A stretch of DNA of 64,000 nucleotides, taken from contig NIVC01001370.1 of the NCBI GenBank assembly GCA_002269645.1, positions 215,297 to 279,296 on the forward strand. Reading direction: 5' to 3'. Both the position numbers and the translations under genes were made by a program. Within the stretch, counting starts at the first letter, position 1; each line of letters starts with the position of its first letter. Under the pieces are notes generated by a model. That model saw nothing but the letters and a program-made list of their open reading frames with translations, made no database searches and was not told where the DNA came from. This DNA comes from Macrostomum lignano (Eukaryota). Below are positions 35,155 to 49,188 of the stretch, piece by piece.

Positions 35155-35765
35155 GTGCTGGCGCCCCTGGTGCTGGCGCCCCTGGTGCTGGCGCTCCTGG
35201 TGCTGGCGCCCCTGGTGCTGGCGCCCCTGGTGCTAAAGCTCCTGGTGCTGGCGCCCCTGGTGCTGGCGCCCCTGGTGCTGGCGCCCCTGGTGCTGGCGCC
35301 CCTGGTGCTGGCGCCCCTGGTGCTGGCGCCCCTGGTGCTGGCGCCCCTGGTGCTGGCGCCCCTGGTGCTGGCGCCCCTGGTGCTGGCGCCCCTGGTGCTG
35401 GCGCCCCTGGTGCTGGCGCCCCTGGTGCTGGCGCCCCTGGTGCTGGCGCCCCTGGTGCTGGCGCCCCTGGTGCTGGCGCCCCTGGTGCTGGCGCCCCTGG
35501 TGCTGGCGCCCCTGGTGCTGGCGCCCCTGGTGCTGGCGCCCCTGGTGCTAAAGTCCCTGGTGCTAAAGCCCCTGGTGCTAAAGCCCCTGGTGCTAAAGCC
35601 CCTGGTGCTAAAGCCCCTGGTGCTAAAGCCCCTGGTGCTAAAGCCCCTGGTGCTAAAGCCCCTGGTGCTAAAGCCCCTGGTGCTAAAGCCACTGGTGCTA
35701 AAGCCACTGGTGCTAAAGCCCCTGGTGCTAAAGCCCCAGGTGCTAAAGCCCCTGGTGCTAAAGCC
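35155..35765. repeat. 15-bp minisatellite CTGGTGCTGGCGCCC switching to CTGGTGCTAAAGCCC
   Basis: About 40 units with a subtype switch near 35550. Confidence 0.96.
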
Positions 35766-36674
35766 TCTATTGCCCACCTTAATCAAAACCAAAAGGCATT
35801 TAAAGCATTTAGAAATCATAATTGATGCAGCGGTGCAGACTTACCTTGAAATTGAATCGCAGACAGAGGGCCAGAGCTAGTTATTATTGTGTTAAATTGC
35901 ACGCATTAGGGCGATGGCAAGTTTTAGCGCAATATCATAGATAAAAAATATTGCTTTAGCGATAATCTGCCCGTTTAATTCAATCGTGTCGCGCCAATTA
36001 ATTAATTAACGTTTGTTATAAAGCTAAGACAACGGTCTCGTCAACGGTACGCTATTTAGAGAGAAGAGCTTCTAATTCCTCTACAACCCCCTGCGTGCAC
36101 CGATTTAAATAAATTAAACCTCTCACAGACACATTCGAAACGCACACCGCACGGCAGGGGGTCTGAAGGGGGTAAGGAAAGAGCAGAATTAAGAGTTAAG
36201 TCACGTGAAAAAACTTGGATTCGCCGCCTTGTGGGGTGGGGTGGCTTTTTGGACGAGGGATTCACCGCCTGACCTCATAAACCCTTCTTTACCCTTCTAC
36301 CCCCCATGTTTATAGCCCGGCGCGTGATGAGATTGTCCTGGTAGTATGGGGGAGGTGGGGTGGGCGCGCTAGAGCCAGTCTGGGCCAATAAGAGCGCACA
36401 CGGACTGGCTGCATGTAGCGACACGCAGCGAGGCTGTGGCTGGAGGGATTTGGCTTGGAGTGGCTATATTGCTAGACGCTAGTTCTGAACTCAAAATCAC
36501 TGGCTTTGTTTACCGGCTAATAAGGACGGAAGAAAAGCAAAGTAAATATTATATACTGTTTCTTAAGCTTTATGTGCTCAAAGCTATTCAGTAATCATGC
36601 GGTATTTATGACAATGTGTAACTAAAGAAATATAACATCAAAATGTTAACTTTTTCAGTATTGAAAAGAGCAGC

Positions 36675-37935
36675 CTTTGCAGTGTCTTAGGGGCGACATT
36701 TCAGTGTCTTAGAGGCGCCATTGCAGTGTTGTAGAGGCGCTACTGGGGTACCTCTCATTTCGCCGATTCTCATTTCGCCGACATTCTCATTTCGCCGATT
36801 CTCATTTCGCAGACATTCTCATTTCGCCGATTCTCGTTTCGCCGACATTCTCATTTCGCCGATTCTCGTTTCGCCGACATTCTCATTTCGCCGATTCTCG
36901 TTTCGCCGACATTCTCATTTCGCCGATTCTCGGTTCGCCGAAATTAGTTTCATAACCATCTGGACATTAGACCATAGCCCGTAAGCCCAAATGGGCTGCA
37001 AAAAGCTATATTACCAATACAATACTTTATTTTTTCAAGCCATAGACATCTAAATCACACTTGCATTAGTGTAGTTGTCTATGGTCTGATGTACAGATGG
37101 TTATGAAACTAATTTCGGCGAACCGAGAATCGGCGAAATGAGAATGTCGGCGAAACGAGAATCGGCGAAATGAGAATGTCGGCGAAACGAGAATCGGCGA
37201 AATGAGAATGTCGGCGAACCGAGAATCGGCGAAATGAGAATGTCGGCGAACCGAGAATCGGCGAAATGAGAATGTCGGCGAAACGAGAATCGGCGAAATG
37301 AGAATGTCGGCGAAACGAGAATCGGCGAAACGAGAATCGGCGAAATGAGAGGTACCCGCGCTACTGCAGTGTCTTAGAGGCGCCATTTCAGTATCTTAGA
37401 GGCGCTATTTCAGTGTCTTAGAGGCGCCATTTCAGTGTCTTAGAAGAGCCATTGCAGTGTCTTAGGGGCGACATTTCAGTGTCTTAGAGGCGCCATTTCA
37501 GTGTCTTAGAGGCGCCATTGCAGTGTCTTAGAGGCGCCATTTCAGTGTCCTAGAGAAGCCATTGCAGTGTCTTAGGGGCGCCATTTCAGTGTCTTAGAGG
37601 CGCCATTGCAGTATCTTAGAGGCGCCATTGCAGTGTCTTAGAGGCGCCATTTCAGTGTCTTAGAGGCGTCATTGCAGTGTTGTAGAGGCGCTACTGCAGT
37701 GTCTTAGAGGCGCCACTTCAGTGTCTTAGAGGCGCCATTGCAGTGTCTTAGAGGCGCCAATGCAGTGTCTTAGAGGCGCCATTTCAGTGTCCTAGAGGAG
37801 CCATTGCAGTGTCTTAGGGGCGACATTTCAGTGTCTTAGAGGCGCCATTTCAGTGTCTTAGAGGCGCCATTGCAGTATCTTAGAGGCGCCATTGCAGTGT
37901 CTTAGAGGCGCCATTGCAGGATCATAGAGGCGCCA
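36675..37935. repeat. 22-bp minisatellite CAGTGTCTTAGAGGCGCCATT(T/G), interrupted by a MITE
   Basis: Units lie on both sides of 36746-37357. Confidence 0.93.
36746..37357. mobile_element. Mutator-like foldback MITE (~612 bp), 9-bp TSD GCGCTACTG
   Basis: TIR GGGTACCTCTCATTTCGCCGATTCTC; arms ~240-275 bp built from CTCATTTCGCCGA repeats; TSD at 36737-36745 and 37358-37366. Confidence 0.9.
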
Positions 37936-38454
37936 CTCAAGCATAAAAAAGCGCGCAACCTATTTCAGCAAATTTGGATAGCAACGTGAACGTCAACTAC
38001 TAAAAATTATAATTTACTAAACTACCGTAATCTGAAACAGCTGAACAGCAGTATTTCGTTCTATGATATATTACCCATCATGCATAGTCTGGTCTGGTAT
38101 GTTGGCAGCACCTGCAGCGTCCTGCAAGCAATGGCATCCATGAATGCCATGCAGCGTTAGCCAAACGTCAAAGTCAATTTACTCTGTATCTATTTCATTT
38201 TGAGTGGCCCTGCGGTGAAGCTCGGTTTGGTTGAAGCCATAATCCTCTCATTTATTATAGAAGAAAGTTACTTTGCTATTTTTCCCTCTGTTGCCATGTC
38301 CATAATGGTTTTCTAAGTGATTTTTAAGCTAAAACATTAAGTAAGGAAGCTCTTGTCAGTAAAATATTACTTTTTCAAATTTATGAATTATGACGTCCTG
38401 CATGTATTGAACACGAACACTCATGGATATCAAAAGCTTGCCACCGAAAGTTTC

Positions 38455-39755
38455 TCCAGTGTGTGGATCTAGTGTCTCCGGGTGTGGATCTAGTGTCTCC
38501 GGGTGTGGATCTAGTGTCTTTAGTGTGTGGATCTAGTGTCTCCAGTGTGTGGATCTAGTGTCTCCAGGGTGTGGATCTAGTGTCTCCAGTGTGTGGATCT
38601 AGTGTCTCCAGTGTGTGGATCTAGTGTCTCCAGTGTGTGGATCTAGTGTCTCCAGTGTGTGGATCTAGTGTCTCCAGTGTGTGGATCTAGTGTCTCCAGT
38701 GTGTGGATCTAGTGTCTCCGGGTGTGGATCTAGTGTCTTTAGTGTGTGGATCTAGTGTCTCCAGTGTGTGGATCTAGTGTCTTTAGTGTGTGGATCTAGT
38801 GTCTCCAGTGTGTGGATCTAGTGTCTCCAGTGTGTGGATCTAGTGTCTCCAGTGTGTGGATCTAGTGTCTTTAGTGTGTGGATCTAGTGTCTCCAGTGTG
38901 TGGATCTAGTGTCTTTAGTGTGTGGATCTAGTGTCTCCAGTGTGTGGATCTAGTGTCTTTAGTGTGTGGATCTAGTGTCTCCAGTGTGTGGATCTAGTGT
39001 CTCCAGTGTGTGGATCTAGTGTCTCCAGTGTGTGGATCTAGTGTCTCCGGGTGTGGATCTAGCTCGTACAGTGTCTCCAGTGTGTGGATCTAGTGTCTCC
39101 AGTGTGTGGATCTAGTGTCTCCAGTGTGTGGATCTAGTGTCTTTAGTGTGTGGATCTAGTGTCTCCAGGGTGTGGATCTAGTGTCTCCAGTGTGTGGATC
39201 TAGTGGTTTTAGTGTGTGGATCTAGTGTCTCCAGGGTGTGGATCTAGTGTCTCCAGTGTGTGGATCTAGTGGTTTTAGTGTGTGGATCTAGTGTCTCCAG
39301 GGTGTGGATCTAGTGTCTCCAGTGTGTGGATCTAGTGTCTCCGGGTGTGGATCTATAGCTCGTACAGTGTCTCCAGTGTGTGGATCTAGTGTCTTTAGTG
39401 TGTGGATCTAGTGTCTCCAGTGTGTGGATCTAGTGTCTTTAGTGTGTGGATCTAGTGTCTCCAGTGTGTGGATCTAGTGTCTTTAGTGTGTGGATCTAGT
39501 GTCTCCAGTGTGTGGATCTAGTGTCTCCAGTGTGTGGATCTAGTGTCTCCAGTGTGTGGATCTAGTGTCTCCGGGTGTGGGTCTAGTGTCTCCAGTGTGT
39601 GGATCTAGTGTCTCCGGGTGTGGGTCTAGTGTCTCCAGTGTGTGGATCTAGTGTCTCCAGGGTGGATCTAGTGTCTCCGGGTGTGGATCTAGCTCGTACA
39701 GTGTCTCCAGTGTGTGGATCTAGTGTCTCCATTGTGTGGATCTAGTGTCTCCAGT
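38455..39755. repeat. 22-bp minisatellite AGTGTGTGGATCTAGTGTCTCC
   Basis: About 58 units, three carrying a CTCGTAC insertion. Confidence 0.96.
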
Positions 39756-40254
39756 TTGTGAATTTACAGTCTTTCCTTCAACCTGCGCCTGCAGCGTATA
39801 TCACACACTATATTGGTGAACCTAATCACCTGACGCATCATCTAAGCGCGACCGTCTGTATATCACCCTTTAGAGGTGAATTTCTGGCTACGAAGGTACG
39901 AGCTATGTCAGATCATGAGATTAAATCAGAACTCATGCCAGACAGACGCGGTGCAAATGCACGCGTTTAAGGCTTGCTTTTAAGTGCGGAGCAGACATGA
40001 CGAAATGCTGCATGGATAGAGTTTTGTCACTGGGAATGGTGGCAATGTACTTATACCGCTGTTGCAGTACGCGCCAGGGCTAACCCCGACAGACATGCAG
40101 ATATGAGTCACCGCAAGTCAGTATTATAGCTAACCCGAGTCCTTTTGCAACCGCCCCAAAACTCCTCTCTGAGGCTGAGGCTGAGGCTTTTTCCTCTCAG
40201 TCGGCAACGAATTAGACCTGGATATATTCCTCACTTTATCAAATAAATCTCGAG

Positions 40255-40620
40255 AGAGTGTACCCATGAAGACTTCACCTCGGGAATGTACCCATGAATT
40301 AGACTGCACCTTCAGAATGAATGTACCCATAGAGACTTCACCTTCAGAATGTACCCATAGAGACTTCATCTTCAGAATGTACTCATTAGAGACTTCACCT
40401 TCAGAATGTACCCATAGAGACTTCACCTTCAGATTGTACCCATAGAGACTTCATCTTCAGAATGTACCCATAGAGACTTCATCTTCAGAATGTACCCATA
40501 GAGACTTCATCTTCAGAATGTACCCATAGAGACTTCATCTTCAGAATGTACCCATAGAGACTTCACCTTCAGAATGTACCCATAGAGACTTTACCTCAAG
40601 AATGTACTAGTAGACTTCTC
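40255..40620. repeat. 28-bp minisatellite CATAGAGACTTCA(C/T)CTTCAGAATGTACC
   Basis: Direct inspection. Confidence 0.9.
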
Positions 40621-41299
40621 GTCAAGAATTTACTAAAAAAGTCTTCACCTCAAGATTTACCTCGAGAACGTACCCTTGGAGAACTACCATTCACATAGAG
40701 AACATACTCAAGGAGAATGGATAATGTGCTTTGAAATACCTAATTAAGTTGACTACTTTGTCCGAAAATCAATGTTCAATAAGCGGATCATTCAACTAAT
40801 GCAATCATCAAATTGTCTCATTCGACTCTCGTTGCGTAAAAATTTCGACCCAAACAGCTCTAATAGTACGTTCGAGCCTCAAAAAAACTTGAGCTGCTTA
40901 CAGCCGAAGCGCTGTACATCGGCAGTGCAGAGAGGCGTCACGTGGTTTCCGCCGCTCGCCCCACACAGCTTGCACGGTGAATTCAATTGTCCCTGCCGCG
41001 ACAACTATACGAGCTATTAATAGTATAACTGTCTATCCGAAAAATCAGGGCATCATAATGCGCTATTCGCTCTACTACGAAGTAGTATGATACAAGGAAA
41101 ACGGTCGATATTTTTATTGTCAAGTATAATTATTGTTGTAACTATGCAAAAAAAGTTATGGATCTTTCCGTTGATTCCATTGGCAATTTTTTGCCACGCG
41201 GGGGGGGGGGAAGAGTCGCACTGGTCTGAATATTTTAGAGGCATTTTAGCGCCTGACTTGTCTGCCCACGTCGTCTCGTCGTGTTGGCACTCAATTCAA

Positions 41300-41380
41300 A
41301 CCGCTGAGGTTCGCCACACAGGGAATCGAACCCACGGGGATCTTTGGAGCGAGATGAGGACGCTTTGTACGCTTGCAACT
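41300..41380 (-). mobile_element. Possible degenerate tRNA-like SINE head
   Basis: Minus strand GTGGGTTCGATTCCCTGTGTGGCG (B box); no full cloverleaf. Confidence 0.3.
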
Positions 41381-42122
41381 TGCAAACATTAGGGTAAAGT
41401 TCAAGATGTCTTGGGCACAGATACTATAAACATATATACATAGTATAGTATCTATAGTATAGTGTTTTTAGTATCTGTGGTCTTGGGAGCCCTTTCAGGA
41501 GCGAGTTTTCCCCCAGTCGTTTCGGATATTCGGGGTTCGGATATCCCCAGATCAACAGCAGAATTCCTTGCCAGGAAGATCGCATGAACGGATCTCTTAA
41601 AGTGTTTGTTGTTGTATTGAAAGCAGCCTGCAGCGAATGACGGGTCCATTTGTAGAGGAGAGATGGGGAGCAGACTGTGAAACAAGCAGGGAGGAAGAGA
41701 GCTAACCAGCGAGGAAATAAGGGGAGTGGGAAGGAAAAGTGTCAAGGGGAGTTTCGTCCCTTTGGGACCAAGCAATTGGGCGGAGCTGCTGCTGCTGCTG
41801 CTGGCTTGTGCTCACGGGTCGCCGCCTCCAATATACACAGTGAAGAAAGAAGCATTAGCAAGAGCTCACAGAAACGCATATAGACTGAACATTTTTGTTT
41901 TTTTTTCCTTGCCTTTTGTAAGCAAAATTTCTAAAACTTAAAAATTCACTTTAACCAGATTCAATCATTATTGAATCCAACTGCAAAGCTTTGTACGAGT
42001 AGAAGAGGCTAGCGGCGCTGTAATGTCCTGCTCCTGCGGAATCAACACCCTGCCCAGGGCGAGTCGACGCGCATCGTACATCCCGCTGGCCCAGGCGATG
42101 CCGGTGTCAACAACTGGAGAGA

Positions 42123-42247
42123 CTAACTGCTCAACAATGCAGCAGAGGCTGAGAGCTTCATCGTCGCTGACCGGCGATACTTGTACTGAATTGTTCTGGC
42201 CGCCTGCTGGAGTCGAAAGGAACACGGTTGGTTTTTTGCAACTGAGC
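42123..42247 (-). CDS. Candidate terminal exon with IQ-like motif (unassigned)
   Basis: Acceptor CTCGAACAG|; the phase-1 frame gives QQAARTIQYKYRR; an alternative frame is open to 41968. Confidence 0.3.
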
Positions 42248-42299
42248 CTGTTCGAGAAACTGGGAAAATGACTAATGCCTTAATTGGGGGTGCTTACTG

Positions 42300-42830
42300 G
42301 TTGGGGAGTGAGGTGGCTGTCTTATTGAAGGCTGTGGCAGGCTAGGGAGTGAGGCGGCTGTCTTATTGGGGCTGTGGCAGGCTAGGTAGTGAGGTGGTTG
42401 TCTTATTGGGACTGTGGCAGGCTAGGGAGTGAGGCGGCTGTCTAATTGGGGCTGTGGCAGGCTAGGTAGTGAGGTGGTTGTCTTATTGGGACTGTGGCAG
42501 GCTAGGGAGTGAGGCAGCTGTCCTTTTGAAGGCTGTTGCAGGCTAGGGAGTGAGGCGGCTGTCTAATTGGGGCTGTGGCAGGCTAAGGAGTGAGGCGGCT
42601 GTCTTATTGGGGCTGTGACAGGCTAGGGAGTGAGGCGGCTGTCTTATTGGGGCTGTGGCAGGCTATGGAGTGAGGCGGCTGTCTTATTGGGGCTGTGGCA
42701 GGCTAGGGAGTGAGGCGGCTGTCTTATTGGGGCTGTGGCAGGCTAGGGAGTGAGGCGGCTGTCTTATTGGGGCTGTGGCAGGCTAGGGAGTGAGGCGGCT
42801 GTCCGATTGAGGGCTGTGGCTGAGGGCTGT
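42300..42830. repeat. 40-bp minisatellite GCTGTGGCAGGCTAGGGAGTGAGGCGGCTGTCTTATTGGG
   Basis: About 13 units. Confidence 0.94.
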
Positions 42831-43099
42831 GGGGAGTGAGCTGGCTGTCTTAGTAAGGGGAAGGTTAGAAATAAGGTGGCTGCCTAACAAAAAATTGGTT
42901 ATACTTATCCATCGATAAGCAATGATTAATCCATCGATTTTTTAGCTGCCATCTCTCACGTGCGGCCAGTCTAACGCGCCCATTGCTCGGCGCAATCAGG
43001 CTTGGCTTGCTAGTAGCAGCGGGTCACTTGCTGCGACAGAAAACTGGGCGGCTGCAGCCTCTGGATTTGGGGTGAGATTGGGCTGATGAGAACAATAGT

Positions 43100-43750
43100 C
43101 TCCCAGTCTCGATGTTCCCAGTCTCCCAGTCCCGATGTTCCCAGTCTCCCAGTCCCGATGTTCCCAGTCTCCCAGTCCCGATGTTCCCAGTCTCCCAGTC
43201 CCGATGTTCCCAGTCTCCCAGTCCCGATACCTTCAGTTCTTCAGTCTCGATATACCCAGTCTTTCAGTCTGGATATCCCCAGTCTCTCAGTCCGGATATC
43301 CCCAGTCCCTCAGTCCGGATATCCCCAGTCTCTCAGTCCGGATATCCTCAGTCTCTCAGTCCGGATATCCTCAGTCTCTCAGTCCGGATATCCCCAGTCT
43401 CTCTGTCCGGATATTCCCAGTCTCTCAGTCCGGATATCCTCAGTCTCTCAGTCCGGATATCCTCAGTCTCTCAGTCCGGATATCCCCAGTCTCTCAGTCC
43501 GGATATCCTCAGTCTCTCAGTCCGGATATCCCCAGTCTCTCAGTCCGGATATTCCCAGTCTCTCAGTCCGGATGTCCCCAGTCTCTCAGTCCGGATATCC
43601 TCAGTCTCTCAGTCCGGATATCCCCAGTCTTTCAGTCCGGATATCCCCAGTCTCTCAGTCCGGATATCCTCAGTCTCTCAGTCCGGATATCCCCAGTCTC
43701 TCAGTCCGGATATCCCCAGTCTTTCAGTCCGGATATCCCCAGTCTCTCTG
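43100..43750. repeat. 23-bp minisatellite, two subtypes (CCCAGTCTCCCAGTCCCGATGTT / TCAGTCCGGATATCCCCAGTCTC)
   Basis: Direct inspection. Confidence 0.94.
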
Positions 43751-44054
43751 TCCCAAAATCCCCATTCGGTTTCTTTCACAAAATTCTCGCTATAATAGAC
43801 GTGTTGCTGAAAACACTAGAGAAAGATTTACAACAGATTCCTTTGCGAACTGTCTGCCTTCCACGAGTTTGGGCATAGAAATTGTCCTGTGCTTTATACA
43901 CTGCGCTGCAGAACTTGTATCAAAATAAGTAACCACGCCATCATGCAAAGCAACTTTCTTCCGAGCAGGCGAGCAAGCCAAAATAAAACCGTGGCTGAAA
44001 CTTTGCTTCTTTTATCCTGACTTGTAAGCTACTTTGCTTGCCGCTCTCACTTAC

Positions 44055-44205
44055 TTGTGTATGAAAAAGGCGAGCCCAACCCCGTGTCAAGTCGTGTCAA
44101 GTCAAACCCTCGGGATTCGGGGGCCAGCGGGCCAGCATGGGTGATGGAAGGCCGACCAGATTTTACCCAATTAATTAGGGATTTTCGTCGGACTCGAACT
44201 CTCGG
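44055..44205 (-). CDS. Candidate internal exon (unassigned)
   Basis: Strong TTTTCTTTTCTCCAG| acceptor and A|GTAAGT donor; open frame PRVRVRRKSLINWVKSG...SPFSYT; phase-compatible with the 42247 exon. Confidence 0.3.
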
Positions 44206-44499
44206 CTGGAGAAAAGAAAACTGGGCGATTCCCCGTCAGTCGCTTTGCTGCAAAGCTCGGGTAGCTCAGGCGGAGATTAGAGAAGCGTGTTTACTAATAA
44301 TAAGATCGAACGCAGCAAGGGTGCAGGCTGGTTCTGGTAGAGTTTAATACGACCGTAAAACTTTTACGATGTCAATTTTTTCACCAAACCTGAATCTTCA
44401 CGAATCTTCAGGAAACGGTAGAATTTTCACGAACACGCCTTTTAAGAAACGTGAATCTTCAGAATCCCAAAAACGAATCGAAAACTTCCCTAACCAGAA

Positions 44500-44975
44500 T
44501 CTAAACCAAGCCCGAATCTTCACAAACCCGAATCTTCACAAACCCGAATCTTCACAAACCCGAATCTTCACAAACCCGAATCTTCACAACCTGAATCTTC
44601 ACAAACCCGAATCTTCACAAACTCGAATCTTCACAAACCCGAATCTTCACAACCTGAATCTTCACAAACCCGAATCTTCACAAACCCGAATCTTCACAAA
44701 CCCGAATCTTTACAAACCCGAATCTTCACAATTCAGAATCTTCACAATTCAGAATCTTCACAAACCCGAATCTTCACAAACCCGAATCTTCACAAACCCG
44801 AATATTCACAAACCCGAATCTTCACAAACCCGAATCTTCACAAACCCGAATCTTCACAAACCCGAATCTTCACAAACCCGAATCTTCACAAACCCGAATC
44901 TTCACAAACCCGAATCTTTGCGAACCGAAGCTTCACAAGCCCGAAATCTTCATAAATCAGAATCTTCACAAACCT
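44500..44975. repeat. 16-bp minisatellite ACAAACCCGAATCTTC
   Basis: Direct inspection. Confidence 0.93.
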
Positions 44976-45464
44976 GAAACTTTACAGACCCGAATCCTAA
45001 CCTACTCGAATCTCTCTACTCTCTCTTCGTCCCTCTACCCTCTTGCTACCATCTCTTTACCCTCTCTAAAATCTATCTCTCCTGCCTTTTCTCTAGCCTC
45101 TTTACCTAATTCCTATCTCCCCCTCGTACCTTTACCAGTGATATCATCCCTTAAATTTTCTCTCCCGAATTCAGGAGACATAGGAAAATCTGCAAAACTG
45201 AATTCCTTATTCTCTCAGGGTTTAAAAGTACAGCGCGGGGTGTAAAACTGAGGGGCCCGCAACGCGACAGTTAAGCAACCGGCGCACTACAGTATTAAGT
45301 TTCTTTCCGAGCTGTCGGGATGGGGGCACGGTTCATACCGGATTGCGCGTCTCGTCTGGTGGAGTTTGAGAGGATTAGGGATGAGCACAGCGGCTGTGGG
45401 GACGATGGCGGGTTGCTAACCTTGCTTGCTTTAAATAGAGCTTTGGGAATGTGTCAACCGACTA

Positions 45465-46737
<1,273 letters not shown>

Positions 46738-47299
46738 AATGTCGCGGATCCTACCTTATTCCCGCAGCCCCATTACATACTAACAATCTATTCCAACAAT
46801 AGTTGGCACCCATCCATTCATCAGCAGAGTTTGCGTAACGGTAGCATTTTGCCCCTATAGTGGAAGGGAAACACTTGAAGAACTTTTGAATTCAGCAGCA
46901 GCCGGCAGAAGCAGCTAGAGATTGCCAGAGCAGGAAAATCCTTGTCGGAGAGAGCCAAGCAAGGGCTCAGTCTCCTAATTTGTCATTTTGGCGTGCTTGA
47001 ATGGCGCCAGGTGCTGCAGAGCAGCTCTGAATGAATAATCAGCCTCTTCTTGCAGGATGAGCTGCGTCCGATAAGAGGGTGCAGACGCAATCCTAAGTGG
47101 AGGAGGAGCGGTGGGAGGGGCTGGCCCAGGGCGCCAAACGCACCATTGTTTTCTTGGCTTTTCAATTGTCTGCTTTTCCACCGTCTCACCGCTTGGGAGC
47201 GAAGGGCGGGGCAGGCGGACGCTGAATTGGCCTGAGCTGTCAGTCTGAGCTGGCACACGCCAATCAAGGAGTAGGGGCTGGACTTTAAGCGACTGTAGG

Positions 47300-47915
47300 T
47301 GCTGTGACCCCAGCTCACTCCAATCCGATCGGTGCTGTGACCCCAGCTCACTCCAATCCGATCGGTGCTGTGACCCCAGCTCACTCCACTCCGATCGGTG
47401 CTGTGACCCCAGCTCACTCCACTCCGATCGGTGCTGTGACCCCAGCTCACTCCACTCCGATTGGTGTTGTGACCTCAGCTCACTCCACTCCGATCGGTGC
47501 TGTGACCTCAGCTCACTCCACTCCGATCGGTGCTGTGACCCCAGCTCACTCCACTCCGATCGGTGCTGTGACCCCAGCTCACTCCACTCCGATCGGTGCT
47601 GTGACCTCAGCTCACTCCACTCCGATCGGTGCTGTGACCCCAGCTCACTCCAATCCGATCGGTGCTGTGACCCCAGCTCACTCCACTCCGATTGGTGTTG
47701 TGACCCCAGCTCACTCCACTCCGATTGGTGTTGTGACCCCAGCTCACTCCACTCCGATCGGTGTTGTGACCCCAGCTCACTCCAATCCGATCGGTGTTGT
47801 GACCCCAGCTCACTCCACTCCGATCGGTGTTGTGACCCCAGCTCACTCCCACTCCGATCGGTGTTGTGACCTCAGCTCACTGCAACCCAATCGGTGATGG
47901 AACTCCAGCTCACTG
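47300..47915. repeat. 33-bp minisatellite GTGCTGTGACCCCAGCTCACTCCACTCCGATCG
   Basis: About 18 units; bounded by GTAGGT (47295) and CCCACAG (47946), so possibly a 5' intron of the neprilysin-like gene. Confidence 0.94.
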
Positions 47916-47922
47916 CAACCCA

Positions 47923-48842
47923 ATGGTGCACTCGCTGAACCCACAGACGCAAGCCCGGAACTTCCCTCCAGTACCTCTCGGACTTCGTCGCCAGTTTGGC
48001 ACCTCGCCAGCCATCGCGTCCTTGGCGACGACCTCTGGCAGCATGACAACGGCCGCTACGTCGCTTCGAGGACCAGACGAGCGTCTACTGATACCGTCGC
48101 TGACTGCCGAGAGGCAACGTCGGGCGCGTCTGCAACGTGGCACCAACGCTCCTAGTAACGATGAGGAGTGCTGGCCTCTTCTGGCAGTCAGCTTGACGCT
48201 TTGTGCCGTCTCCCTGCTGCTGCTGGCCATCGGAGGCCTTTTTCTTGGCGTCCACCTTCGACAGCGATCTCGCGGGTCCCCACCTTCTCCAAACGAATCA
48301 ACCGTCTCGCCAGAAGCGGCGGCTGCAGCGGCGGCGGAGGCTGAAACAGCTGATTCATCAACTGCGGTCACTTGGCAGCCGGCATCTACAAGCCAACCTC
48401 CTGGATCGACATCAGCTGACATCAAGGATTCGTACAGTAGAAAATTCGAATACGGCTTTGACTATGACGTCATGGGAGCGAGGATTCGAGCTCTAATAGA
48501 CAGGCGCGTCAGGCCTTGCGACAATTTTCATAATTTCGCGTGCGGTCGCCTCGGTGAGTACCTGGACGACTCTGCCCACCGATTTCAGCTGCCACGGGCC
48601 AGCGACCTGCTCCAGCTGGCCGGAGTTCGGCTTCGTTCCGAGGTAAAGATTGCCATGGAAACCGGCGCCGCGCCGCCGAGTCTGATGACGGCTTATCAAC
48701 GCTGCATAATCTCTGGCAGCTCAACTGGCGCCTGCTTGCGCGCCCTGATCTGGTCAGCGCCGGAAGCGGTCAAGTCATTGACGCAAGCTCACCAGCTCAA
48801 TGTGACCGCGCTCCATATGTCGTTGTCAGATCTGTTCGCCAG
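47923..48842 (+). CDS. Neprilysin/ECE (M13)-like type II membrane protein, exon 1 (start at 47923 or 48043)
   Basis: TM helix LLAVSLTLCAVSLLLLAIGGLFLGVHL; M13 motif VRPCDNFHNFACG; donor GCCAG|GTGAGT (phase 2). Confidence 0.8.
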
Positions 48843-49188
48843 GTGAGTGAGAACGGCAGCTACCTCTGTAGCAACAGCTCCTATAACCTGACGCTGCACA
48901 ACTCACTTAATTCACTTCCTTGGGCCATCCTAATTCCAACAAGTTTGTACTTAATCACGGAGCGAGGATGGAGGAACGGTAAGGCGTCCTTATCCTCGCA
49001 CCTAAGCTCTAGGGCTCGGTTCTGACTCTGTCAAAGCATAAGGCTAGAAAACCAAACAAGAGCATGCCATCAACTGAATGCCACGAGCCACGAGTCATCA
49101 AACTGAAACAACCTACCTCCAGCTCTCCAGCCCCCAAGCCCTCAGCAATTCACCCGACTCATTTTTTATGCTGCCGCAAAACATGCAG

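Noticed and set aside
47304-47897. TPAHSTPIGAV repeat as a mucin-like N-terminus of the M13 protein
   Set aside because: It shares the frame only if a 1-nt insertion near 47850 is ignored, there is a stop just upstream, and the array is bounded by donor/acceptor-like sites
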